A DNA stretch of 64,000 nt from Candidatus Kaiserbacteria bacterium (lineage in GTDB: Bacteria > Patescibacteriota > Minisyncoccia > Phycocordibacterales > UBA2100), in NCBI GenBank assembly GCA_017134395.1, contig CP070993.1, positions 526,199-590,198 on the forward strand, in the 5' to 3' direction. Position numbers and translations under genes: made by a program. The notes beneath the pieces were generated by a model, which saw only the letters and a program-made list of their open reading frames with translations, was not told where the DNA came from and did not search any database. Numbering within the stretch: position 1 is the first letter of the stretch; every line of letters starts with the position of its first letter. Shown here in pieces: positions 9,949 through 18,191 of this stretch.

Positions 9949-9977
9949 GCGGCTATATGAAACAAGCATATAGCCGC
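9949..9977. repeat. hairpin formed by a copy of the first 9-11 nt of tRNA-Gly(GCC) and its complement
   Basis: gcggctatatg-aaacaag-catatagccgc; tcaCttgcggctata here versus tcaTttgcggctata at the real tRNA 5' end (10104-10118). Confidence 0.6.
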
Positions 9978-10109
9978 GGCGTTCAGACACAATGTCTACG
10001 CAAAGCGCATTGATGTCCCCCGATTTCACGTTCTTGTAAGCGAGCTTCCAGAAACATGAAATCGGAGCACATCTTTCTGCAAAATGCAGAAGCGCTCTGC
10101 TCTTCATTT

Positions 10110-10180
10110 GCGGCTATAGTTTAGTGGTATGACACGTCCTTGCCAAGGATGAGACGGGAGTTCGATTCTCCCTAGCCGCA
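10110..10180 (+). tRNA. tRNA-Gly (anticodon GCC), no encoded CCA
   Basis: acceptor GCGGCTA/TAGCCGC, anticodon stem CGTCC/GGATG with loop TTGCCAA, T-arm GGGAG-TTCGATT-CTCCC. Confidence 0.9.
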
Positions 10181-10181
10181 C

Positions 10182-10228
10182 AAATACACAGAAAGACTAG
10201 GTTCTCGCCTAGTCTTTCTGTGTATTTA
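10182..10228. terminator. hairpin immediately after tRNA-Gly
   Basis: aaatacacagaaagactagg-ttctcg-cctagtctttctgtgtattt (20-bp arms). Confidence 0.6.
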
Positions 10229-10350
10229 GGCATTGTGCATAGAGAATCGAAAGACGGAAGCCTGCGTGCCTAAGCACGAGTAAGGGCTGAGTCCGGCCTG
10301 GAGCACTTAGTAGAATTAAGCCTGAAAGGCGCAAATTATACTTAGTGACT

Positions 10351-10372
10351 GGAGGCGATTCTCCCTAGAAAA
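10351..10372. repeat. partial direct copy of the tRNA-Gly(GCC) T-arm and 3' end
   Basis: ggaggCGATTCTCCCTAGaaaa shares the 13-mer cgattctccctag with tRNA-Gly 10163-10175. Confidence 0.6.
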
Positions 10373-10409
10373 CTGACCAATTCTGGCCAGTTTATACTCG
10401 GAAGGTTTT

Positions 10410-10511
10410 TTAAAGGACAAAATTTGTTGATAACTCTGGGGATAGGTGGATAAAGGACATTTCTAACGGACATAAAAATGTCCGTTATCCCCAAAAATGT
10501 CCTTTATCAAC
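10410..10511. repeat. GGACAT/ATGTCC palindromic repeat module, copy B
   Basis: taaaggacaaaattt … ataaaggacatttctaacggacataaaaatgtccgttat … aaaaatgtcctttatc. Confidence 0.7.
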
Positions 10512-10608
10512 AGACTTATGAACAGTTTTATCTTATTTGTGCACATTTGTGTTTCATAAGAAACAATATGAACTTTTCCTAGTATTAGAGCCATTTAACT
10601 CTTCCACA

Positions 10609-10628
10609 TGTTTTCACGTGAAAACATA
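10609..10628. repeat. TTTCACGTGAAA palindromic unit (copy 1)
   Basis: atgttttcacgtgaaaacat, a 20-bp palindrome with a CACGTG core. Confidence 0.7.
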
Positions 10629-10747
10629 GAGAAGATTTAGGACAAGAATGGATGTTGAGGGTGTGAAACAAGCGGGTTCAAAATGACATATTTTCTCTAT
10701 TTTTGCACGTTTGGCCCTAGTTAGTGTGACTTACTGTACTTATTAGT

Positions 10748-10764
10748 ATTTCACGTGAAACTAT
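10748..10764. repeat. TTTCACGTGAAA palindromic unit (copy 2), abutting the 3' end of the K+ channel gene
   Basis: atttcacgtgaaactatg. Confidence 0.7.
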
Positions 10765-11549
10765 GAAGTGAGTGAAGAATGCTTGTGTTTAACTGGCTCA
10801 CCACAGTGTTTACATCGGATTGCGTCGATATCATGAGCGCTTAAGCCACAATTTGGGCATGTATAGTGCACTTTTGCCCCATGAAATATAGTTCTCGTAA
10901 GTTGCAAAAAGAGGGTAATACCTATAAGCATAGCCACCACAGAGAGCATTTTGCCCCACGGTCCTGCAGCTGTGACGTCACCATAGCCAGTTGTTGTAAG
11001 GGTGGAAACAGTGAAGTATAGTGCATCAAGGTAGGAATTTATATGTGGATTGAATTGTGCTTCAGCAACAAAGACTATGGCTGTCATTATTGCGAGAAAC
11101 ACAAAGAAGTTGAGTAGACTTTCAAGAGTTGCGCTGTATTGGTAGATAGTTTTGCTCTCTTTTTTGGCTAAATTCACCAAGTAGTAGGTGCGAAGGATCT
11201 TGAGTGAGCGCAAAACTCGCAAAAGTGCCAAGTTTCCTACCAAAAGTGGTGCAAAGAGTGAGACAATGACTAAAATATCTATTACGCTAAAGACGTTAAA
11301 GACAAACGAGAGCCTTCGGGGTGAAATCCATAAGCGCGCAAGATACTCTAAGAGGAAAAGAGTACCAAATACAATTTCCAGCACCTTCGTGAAAGAATGT
11401 CCTGGATTTGCAGCTTCTAATAGGAAAATGCCAAAAACTGCTACGTTTAAGAGGATAAGCACCCGGTTAAAGATAATGCTTTTACGAGTGCGCTTGTGAA
11501 AGAGAGTAGTGAGTTGCTTTTTTACTTTGGGAAAAGAACTTTTCTTCAT
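10761..11549 (-). CDS. voltage-gated-type (6TM) potassium channel with C-terminal zinc-ribbon
   Basis: K+ selectivity filter TLTTTGYGDVT; S4-like LALLRVLRSLKILR with arginines at every third position; C-terminal CPNCG…CKHCG. Confidence 0.85.
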   Translation of the reverse strand: MKKSSFPKVKKQLTTLFHKRTRKSIIFNRVLILLNVAVFGIFLLEAANPGHSFTKVLEIVFGTLFLLEYLARLWISPRRLSFVFNVFSVIDILVIVSLFAPLLVGNLALLRVLRSLKILRTYYLVNLAKKESKTIYQYSATLESLLNFFVFLAIMTAIVFVAEAQFNPHINSYLDALYFTVSTLTTTGYGDVTAAGPWGKMLSVVAMLIGITLFLQLTRTIFHGAKVHYTCPNCGLSAHDIDAIRCKHCGEPVKHKHSSLTS

Positions 11550-11562
11550 TACAATATGCTAG

Positions 11563-11580
11563 CATAGTTTCACGTGAAAT
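11563..11580. repeat. TTTCACGTGAAA palindromic unit (copy 3) in the 32-bp divergent intergenic region
   Basis: catagtttcacgtgaaat directly upstream of the yraN ATG, next to palindrome atgctagcat. Confidence 0.7.
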
Positions 11581-11581
11581 C

Positions 11582-11968
11582 ATGAGTAGAAACAAAGATA
11601 TTGGGAATACTGGAGAGCACATAGCCGCACGTTTTTTAGAGACGAAGGGGTTTTCTATTTTAGGTAAGAATTACAGCAAGAAATGGGGTGAACTCGACAT
11701 TATTGCTAAGAAAGAAGGAGTAGTGCATTTTGTGGAAGTAAAAACAATTTCACGTGAAACTCAAAACATAGTTTCACGTGAAAATAATTCTGCGTATAGA
11801 GCGGAAGAGAATATGCATAAGAAAAAGATAGAGCGTTTACATAGGGCTATTCAGAGTTATATAGAGGAGTTCAATGTAAAAGAGGATTGGCAGTTAGATT
11901 TAGTGACTGTAGTTCTTTTTATAAAGGACAAAAAAGCTGAGTGTCGATTTGTAGAAAATGTCCTTTAG
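11582..11968 (+). CDS. yraN: YraN-family (UPF0102) endonuclease-like protein
   Basis: EHIAARFLETKGFSILGKNY…GELDIIAKKEGVVHFVEVK; contains an in-frame tandem insertion of the palindromic unit. Confidence 0.75.
   Translation: MSRNKDIGNTGEHIAARFLETKGFSILGKNYSKKWGELDIIAKKEGVVHFVEVKTISRETQNIVSRENNSAYRAEENMHKKKIERLHRAIQSYIEEFNVKEDWQLDLVTVVLFIKDKKAECRFVENVL
11747..11785. repeat. two tandem TTTCACGTGAAA units (copies 4 and 5) inside the yraN coding sequence
   Basis: atttcacgtgaaactcaaaacatagtttcacgtgaaaat, translated in frame as ISRETQNIVSREN. Confidence 0.75.
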
Positions 11969-11997
11969 ATTATAAAGGACATTCTTACGGACATTTT
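11930..11997. repeat. GGACAT/ATGTCC palindromic repeat module, copy C (overlaps the yraN 3' end)
   Basis: ataaaggacaaaaaa … gaaaatgtcctttagattataaaggacattcttacggacatttta. Confidence 0.7.
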
Positions 11998-12150
11998 AAA
12001 TAGAGAATTCAGTGCTGCACAAGATAATAAAGAGACTCAGACCTATGATCTAATATATTGGAAGAATGAAGAAATGTGTGCAATAATGCCCCCGACCCAA
12101 AAGCACTCATTGTTTCATTAGTGTTCGTAACTGAATGGGTCATACGCTAT

Positions 12151-12224
12151 CGGGGCGTAGCATAGTGGTAGTGTACTCGCTTTGGGAGCGAGCGGTCCGA
12201 GTTCGATTCTCGGCGCCCCGACCA
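12151..12224 (+). tRNA. tRNA-Pro (anticodon TGG) with encoded CCA
   Basis: acceptor CGGGGCG/CGCCCCG, anticodon stem CTCGC/GCGAG with loop TTTGGGA, T-arm CCGAG-TTCGATT-CTCGG, 3' ACCA. Confidence 0.9.
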
Positions 12225-12236
12225 AAATCTTAAAGT

Positions 12237-12260
12237 CCATGCGCAGCATGGGCTTTTTAG
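12237..12260. terminator. intrinsic terminator after tRNA-Pro
   Basis: cccatgcgcagcatggg followed by cttttt. Confidence 0.6.
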
Positions 12261-12535
12261 ATTCTAATTTGTATATCTGCAGTAGAGAAACTTGACAGTA
12301 TTATGGCTGGCAGTATCTTATATATATGCACGTGAACATACATAAGATTATATTTCTGAATCTGATTGGTCTCAGCGAGGCATCTGTGTGGGTACGAGTA
12401 TAAATATAAAAAATTTTAAACTCAAGCACCCGCACAAAGCGGGCTTTTTGTTTGGTTTTTCAGTCAGTGTATATAACGTTTTGGTATGTACTGACTGGGG
12501 AAGCAATGAGGCTTTTTCAGAAAAAGGAGGTCAAT

Positions 12536-12721
12536 ATGACCGAAAGAGAACGACATTCGGAGGACCCCGTCCTAACCACCAATGGGATTGATGGTATGAG
12601 TGAGGGGGATGAATTGGACAAACCCAACGAAAATACTGCGCCTGTAGTACATAAATTGGGATGGGATCCGGAAGAGCCGGGTGAGAATCTTTCAGACAAA
12701 CGCTGTCGTTTAGGCGGCTGA
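12536..12721 (+). CDS. small acidic hypothetical protein (61 aa)
   Basis: strong SD AAAGGAGG 6 nt before the ATG; followed by a terminator at 12730-12768; sequence MTERERHSEDPVLTT…. Confidence 0.45.
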   Translation: MTERERHSEDPVLTTNGIDGMSEGDELDKPNENTAPVVHKLGWDPEEPGENLSDKRCRLGG

Positions 12722-12729
12722 ACCTTCTG

Positions 12730-12768
12730 CGAGCGTGGCGGAGACATCTCTGTCACGCTCGTTTTATA
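12730..12768. terminator. intrinsic terminator
   Basis: gcgagcgtg-gcggagacatctctgtc-acgctcg plus tttt. Confidence 0.6.
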
Positions 12769-13945
12769 TTGGGAAGTAGGGGAGTAGGTTTGGTACAGTA
12801 GTTTCTCCAAACTCCTGTACACGATTTTCAAAGTCACCGATATTTAGAAAGGATAAGAGAGTATTTCCGGTGTGTATTTGCAGACTTCTATCAATATGCG
12901 AAAGAGTGAGCGCACGCAAGTCGCGCTCTGCTGTAGTATTTCCTACACTGCTGGTCACAATAATTCCAACCAATTTGTTCCATTGGTTCATTACTGCTCC
13001 GCCTGAGGACCCACCTTGAGCAACGATTGTCCCACCAAGTGATAGAATATCGATGAGAGCTTCTGAGAACGTATACACTTTCTGTATTTCTACTGTTGTC
13101 GATACCGGCCAGAGGCCTCGTTGTAAGAGCGCGCTACCTAGAAAGCCTGCTGGATAACTAGCGAGTAATACAGGATCATTCATTGTGGTAACTGCTTCTC
13201 GTGTGTCGAACGATACGAAAGGAAAAGTGAGCGGCTTTTCAGTCCCGTCTGTAGTACCAGTTATGTAGAGAAGCGCCCAATCATGTTCTCCAGTTCCTGT
13301 TGGTGTCTCCAATTGTAAATCTTTGCCATGATTTTGTGCCCACATATACGGGAAAGTAAGTATCTCAGCAGTGTATTTTGTTTTGGCGGGGGATCCAGAG
13401 CGTATAACACACGAAATAATGGCGTTAGGGTGCTCTTTCACTAGCAAATATTGTGCCACATGTGCGTTGGTAAGAATTACTCCTCGTGGATCGATTATAA
13501 TCCCGCTACCTATTGCGCCAGATACAGACGAACCAGGTGTGCTAGCACAGAGTATGTTTACTAAGGCAGGGGAGGAGACAGTATTTACAACTTCTAAAGG
13601 AAGCGGTGGAGTTTCGTAAAATGAAGGTGTCGGAGTCGGTGCCTCTATGATTGGCGAAGTGACTATAATTTCTGATTCGATAATTATTTCGGGAGTGATC
13701 TCTACGCCAGCTGGCAGATTTATATGCTCCGACTCTATTTGTGGCTCTTGTAATACAGCAGGTTCTTCAATTAGCTCTTCATCAACTACAAGAGTCGCAC
13801 TTTGCTCTATTGAGCTTATTACGGCACCTTGTTGCGTGTATCCAGGTATAAACGTAGAAACGGCTAATAACGTAGCAGTGGCTACACTGGCTAGGAATAG
13901 ATAGATTGTAGTAATAAGGCTCTCTAACATGCCGATAGCATACAC
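12764..13945 (-). CDS. trypsin-like (S1 family) serine protease with N-terminal membrane anchor
   Basis: catalytic His context ILTNAHV, serine motif GGSSGGAV, N-terminal TM/signal segment. Confidence 0.75.
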   Translation of the reverse strand: MYAIGMLESLITTIYLFLASVATATLLAVSTFIPGYTQQGAVISSIEQSATLVVDEELIEEPAVLQEPQIESEHINLPAGVEITPEIIIESEIIVTSPIIEAPTPTPSFYETPPLPLEVVNTVSSPALVNILCASTPGSSVSGAIGSGIIIDPRGVILTNAHVAQYLLVKEHPNAIISCVIRSGSPAKTKYTAEILTFPYMWAQNHGKDLQLETPTGTGEHDWALLYITGTTDGTEKPLTFPFVSFDTREAVTTMNDPVLLASYPAGFLGSALLQRGLWPVSTTVEIQKVYTFSEALIDILSLGGTIVAQGGSSGGAVMNQWNKLVGIIVTSSVGNTTAERDLRALTLSHIDRSLQIHTGNTLLSFLNIGDFENRVQEFGETTVPNLLPYFPI

Positions 13946-14090
13946 GTGCTTGAGCTTGAGAGCCAGTCTGGTAGTATGTGCCTTGTCCTAATAAGACATG
14001 TGGGCGTAGTTACGTGCAAAATAACTATCCCACAACAGCCTTGCTGTTGTAGATTCGGGTAGTGGACACAGTAGAAGGGTAGAGATAATT

Positions 14091-14161
14091 GCGGGTGTAG
14101 TTAAGTGGTATAACAACAGCCTTCCAAGCTGTGGTCGGGAGTTCGATTCTCCCCACCCGCA
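14091..14161 (+). tRNA. tRNA-Gly (anticodon TCC), no encoded CCA
   Basis: acceptor GCGGGTG/CACCCGC, anticodon stem ACAGC/GCTGT with loop CTTCCAA, T-arm GGGAG-TTCGATT-CTCCC. Confidence 0.9.
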
Positions 14162-14571
14162 CATTAGAAGACAGCTACATTGATTTCAGAGAAGACCCTT
14201 GTAACTAGCGGTGGATTTCACTGGAATGTTCGAGTGTATAAGACAGTACGTACGTGGTGCTCGTAATATGTAGAGCTAGAGCCTTTTGAAAGTTCGAGAA
14301 GTTGCCAACTCTTGGGGGCATTGCTGTTCGTATACTGCTATTCCAATGGTAGCTCGTTCTCATCTTTGTCTTTCCACGGCCACGAATTCTCTCGTTCCAT
14401 GCGTTCATATTCACGCGTACACAGCAAAAAGTACTGTTCAAGTTCTGGTGGCAAGTTGCTCTCATTTTCCATAGAGACATGATACCGCATTAATTCTATT
14501 TCGATATTTTTCAGCAACTAATAAAGAAAACCCAGTCACCGTTAAGTGTCTGGGTTTTATGGCGGAGCCAA

Positions 14572-14808
14572 TTAGGATTGGCTTTTCGAGCCGCGTTCAA
14601 TGCCGAGCAGAGTGATTGCATCGCACACTGATGACTCATCGTACATCTCGCAAGCGTCATTGATTGCTGAGACGTGAATGAAGCCATTCGGACTAACTTC
14701 CAAGACGAGCTTTTGGTAAGCAGGACTCGTCCTGACTTCAGCGTCCCAACCATCCTTGAATTTTTTGAGATTTTGCAACGCTTGCTCCGGTGAAACCGAG
14801 CATGTCAT
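14572..14808 (-). CDS. small hypothetical protein (78 aa)
   Basis: internal Met with SD AAAGGAGAA 6 nt upstream; terminator hairpin 14527-14558 downstream; no family recognised. Confidence 0.45.
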   Translation of the reverse strand: MTCSVSPEQALQNLKKFKDGWDAEVRTSPAYQKLVLEVSPNGFIHVSAINDACEMYDESSVCDAITLLGIERGSKSQS

Positions 14809-15132
14809 GACATTCTCCTTTTGGTTGCTGATAGCAAGTGCCGAGCGTTCAATCAGCAGCGGCTGGCAACAACCAAATAAATGCGTGTAGAGACTACCAT
14901 ATAACCCAAAAAAATACCATGTTTTACATACCAACTGCCTCTGTTCCCTATGTTTTGGTTCGGGGTTTGTGGATGAGCCTTGAAACAGCATCAATGGCTT
15001 CCGATGAAGTAACCGCAGCCACTAATTCCTCGAAGTCTAAATTTGTCACCTGCTGTGGTCTTCGAGAAGTGGCTCGACCTTGTGCACATATATAACAAAA
15101 GACTGGGCAAAAATCCAGTCTTTTGTTATATA

Positions 15133-15160
15133 AAAACCCCCGCTCGTGCGGGGGTTTTTA
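15133..15160. terminator. bidirectional intrinsic terminator downstream of hup
   Basis: aaaaacccccgctcgtgcgggggttttt. Confidence 0.8.
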
Positions 15161-15177
15161 TTTAAATAGGAAGAAAA

Positions 15178-15456
15178 TTATGCTCCCTTAACTGCGTCCT
15201 TAAGTGCCTTAGCTGCGCGGAACTTAGGTACTCGCATTGCTGCGATCTGGATAGATTCACCAGTTCGCGGGTTGCGTCCTGTTCGTGCTGCTCGCATCTT
15301 AGCTTCGAAGATACCCAATCCTGCGATTGATACTTCGTCACCGCTCTTAAGACCATCTACGATACCGTCGATGATAGCTTCAACAGCGCGTTCTGCGTCT
15401 GCTTTTGTACCTCCGAGTACATCGTGTACTTTGTCTGCAAGTGCTGCTTTATTCAT
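15178..15456 (-). CDS. hup: DNA-binding protein HU
   Basis: MNKAALADKV…GLGIFEAKMRAARTGRNPRTGESIQIAAMRVPKFRAAKALKDAV, canonical HU arm. Confidence 0.92.
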   Translation of the reverse strand: MNKAALADKVHDVLGGTKADAERAVEAIIDGIVDGLKSGDEVSIAGLGIFEAKMRAARTGRNPRTGESIQIAAMRVPKFRAAKALKDAVKGA

Positions 15457-15545
15457 AGTATTTTTATTATTGTGATAAAAGCGACCTTATGTCTCAAAGC
15501 ATTATATAGAGCGGTCTATTTTGTGCAATAGGAAGAGGGTACTTA

Positions 15546-16394
15546 CTATTTATCAAAATTCTTTCGATATAAACTTTTTTTGTACGTTCCGAGCACAGAA
15601 ATATGCTTGGTGTGGTCTTCTAATTCCTCAAGAGCCTCTTTAAGAGGTGACTCGTCTGCCTTTCCAAGACATTCAAGGTAGAAGTGAGCTTCTTTATGGC
15701 GTTGCATAGGAACAAAGCTTTCTAGCTTTATGATGTTTATTTCATGTTTAGCAAAAGAACCGAGAGATTCGTATAGTGCTGCTGGATTGTCTAGCACGTC
15801 GTATACAATACTGGTTATGCAATCACCATTTAGTGGCTTATCTACAGGGTTTTTTGTCAGTATAAGAAATCGCGTGACGTTATCGTTGGAATCTTGCATA
15901 TTCTCTTGCAGAACATGGACTGTGTCATATAGGGTTGCTGCGTATACTGAAGCAAGTGCTGCATAGGCCTTATTTCCAGTATCAGAAATGAAGGAAACAG
16001 CTTTAGCGGTGTCCCCATACGGAACTGGCTCTATATTAAGAGATCGTAAATTTTTTGTACATTGTGAAAGCGCTTCACGATGACTATACACTTGTTTTAC
16101 GTCTTTGAGCGAAGTTCCCTTTAAAGCTATAAGAGCATGACGAATAGGTAGAAAATGCTCAGCGATGACTGTCAAGCCGCTTTTTGGCAACAAATGATGT
16201 AAATCTGCAACACGCCCTGCTGTTGAATTTTCAATAGGAAGAAGCGCGTGAGTCGCTTCCGCGTTCTTAACTGCTTCGATAACTGCATCAAACGTAGGGT
16301 AGCCAACACGCCCTGCTGTAGGGTCATATTCTGCAGCAGCAATACTCGAATAGGAACCTTCGACACCTTGATAGGCTATTTTTAGGTTCTGCAT
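15546..16394 (-). CDS. pheA: prephenate dehydratase (PDT plus ACT domains)
   Basis: IAYQGVEGSYS N-terminus, ESRP-like motif (FLILTKNPVD), C-terminal ACT-like segment. Confidence 0.8.
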   Translation of the reverse strand: MQNLKIAYQGVEGSYSSIAAAEYDPTAGRVGYPTFDAVIEAVKNAEATHALLPIENSTAGRVADLHHLLPKSGLTVIAEHFLPIRHALIALKGTSLKDVKQVYSHREALSQCTKNLRSLNIEPVPYGDTAKAVSFISDTGNKAYAALASVYAATLYDTVHVLQENMQDSNDNVTRFLILTKNPVDKPLNGDCITSIVYDVLDNPAALYESLGSFAKHEINIIKLESFVPMQRHKEAHFYLECLGKADESPLKEALEELEDHTKHISVLGTYKKSLYRKNFDK

Positions 16395-16403
16395 ACAGTG
16401 GAA

Positions 16404-17933
16404 TTAACGCGCAAACTCGATTGAGCGACTTTCACGGATAACGTTGATCTTCACTTCTCCTGGATAATTGAGTTCGTTCTCTATTTTTAGCGCGATATCT
16501 CGGGCTAGTGTCCGTGCTTCCGTGTCAGTAACTTCTTCTGGTTTCACAAAGATACGTACTTCACGCCCAGCGGATATAGCATAACTTTTATCAATACCTG
16601 GGAAGCTATTTGCAACAGCCTCAAGTTCTTCCAGTCGTTTTATGTAGTTTTCTACCGTATCACGTCGTGCTCCAGGGCGTCCAGCTGAGATAGCATCGGC
16701 AACTTGTACGATGTAGCTTTCAGGGTTTGAGTACGGATACTCTTCGTGATGCGCTTCCATTGCTTTTATAACTTCTGGGTCAACATTAAACTTGGCAAGA
16801 ATACGTCGTCCAATTTCTACGTGGGTACCGGTTACTTCATGGTCAACTGCCTTGCCAATATCGTGTAAAAGGGCACCGGCGCGTGCGACTTGTACATCTG
16901 CACCAACTTCTTCTGCGATGATAGCAGCAATATGTGCCATTTCAGTTGAGTGAATAAGTACGTTTTGCCCGTAACTTGTACGGAAATGTAGTCGTCCTAA
17001 TACAATAAGTAGTTTTGGATCAAGATTATGTACTCCTACTTCGTAGGCTGCTTCTTCACCACGTTTTTTGATGATGACGTTGATTTCTTCACGTGCTTTT
17101 TCAACAGTATCTTCAATTTTTGCAGGCTGAATACGTCCATCAATCATGAGATTTTCAAGAGCAACGCGAGCAACTTGCCGACGTATTGGATCGAATGATG
17201 AAATCGTGATAGCACCAGGTGTGTCATCAACAATAACGTCTACTCCAGTTGCTCGTTCAAATGCGCGGATGTTTCGTCCTTCCTTGCCAATGATTTTACC
17301 CTTAATTTCCTCATTAGGAAGCATAACCGTGGTTGAAAGCACGTCTGCTTGCAGGTTATTACCTACACGATGGATGGCTGTGGTGATAATATCTTGCGCT
17401 TTTCGTTCGTATTTTTCTATACCTTCCCGTTCCAGTTTTTGTAGACGAACATGTAAATCTTCCTCGTGAGTCGATTCAACTTGCTTTAACAATTCGCTTT
17501 TTGCTTCTTCTACTGAGAGTCCAGCAGTTTTTTGAAGAGCATCTTCCCGTTCAGCAAGCTTTTTTTCAGCTTCTTCACGTAATTCTTTTACGCGTTCAGC
17601 CTTCGTTTTCATTTCTTCGTGATCTTCATCGAGATCACCTTGCCGTTTATCAAGGAGTTCTTCTTTGCGAATAAGGCGATCTTCAGTTTTCTTAAGATCA
17701 CCTTCCTTTTCTTTTAATTCACCTGTACGTTCAGCGATTATTTTATCGGATTTTTTCTCCGCGTCTTCCGTGATGCGCTTGGCATCTTCTTTAGCCTCAA
17801 GCATCATTTGCTTGATTTGTAGCTCCATTGAGCCACGTTTACCGAGGGATACTATCCAACGTAGAAAGTATCCGAACCCAGTACCGAATGCTGCTGCGAG
17901 GAGCAACAGCATGAGTATTACTTTTAATGACAT
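16404..17933 (-). CDS. rny: ribonuclease Y
   Basis: N-terminal TM helix, long coiled-coil, KH domain, HD domain (LLHDIGKAVDHE), 509 aa. Confidence 0.92.
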   Translation of the reverse strand: MSLKVILMLLLLAAAFGTGFGYFLRWIVSLGKRGSMELQIKQMMLEAKEDAKRITEDAEKKSDKIIAERTGELKEKEGDLKKTEDRLIRKEELLDKRQGDLDEDHEEMKTKAERVKELREEAEKKLAEREDALQKTAGLSVEEAKSELLKQVESTHEEDLHVRLQKLEREGIEKYERKAQDIITTAIHRVGNNLQADVLSTTVMLPNEEIKGKIIGKEGRNIRAFERATGVDVIVDDTPGAITISSFDPIRRQVARVALENLMIDGRIQPAKIEDTVEKAREEINVIIKKRGEEAAYEVGVHNLDPKLLIVLGRLHFRTSYGQNVLIHSTEMAHIAAIIAEEVGADVQVARAGALLHDIGKAVDHEVTGTHVEIGRRILAKFNVDPEVIKAMEAHHEEYPYSNPESYIVQVADAISAGRPGARRDTVENYIKRLEELEAVANSFPGIDKSYAISAGREVRIFVKPEEVTDTEARTLARDIALKIENELNYPGEVKINVIRESRSIEFAR

Positions 17934-18145
17934 ATGTTTTTATGCCCACTTATCTTACTTGTATGCTTTTTTGTTGGAGTGCTTCGGTTCTTGTAGAGAG
18001 GAATTACGGGAGGTTCACTTGCACAAAAGAGTCAAAACGCGTCAGAAAGCGGGGAAATTTACTGAAAATGATTAAATTACAACCAGTACGTATGAGAATA
18101 CCAGAAATTTGACAATACGCAAAAAGAAAAGCATATCGTACATAT

Positions 18146-18174
18146 AAAAACGGCGACCAAAGGTCGCCGTTTTT
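18146..18174. terminator. intrinsic terminator downstream of clpP
   Basis: aaaaacggcgaccaaaggtcgccgttttt. Confidence 0.8.
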
Positions 18175-18191
18175 ATAAGAGGTAAAGAAAC

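Noticed and set aside
12388-12837. ORFs 12388-12591 (+) and 12517-12837 (-)
   Set aside because: They overlap the better-supported 12536-12721 small gene, its terminator and the protease gene 3' end; no RBS.
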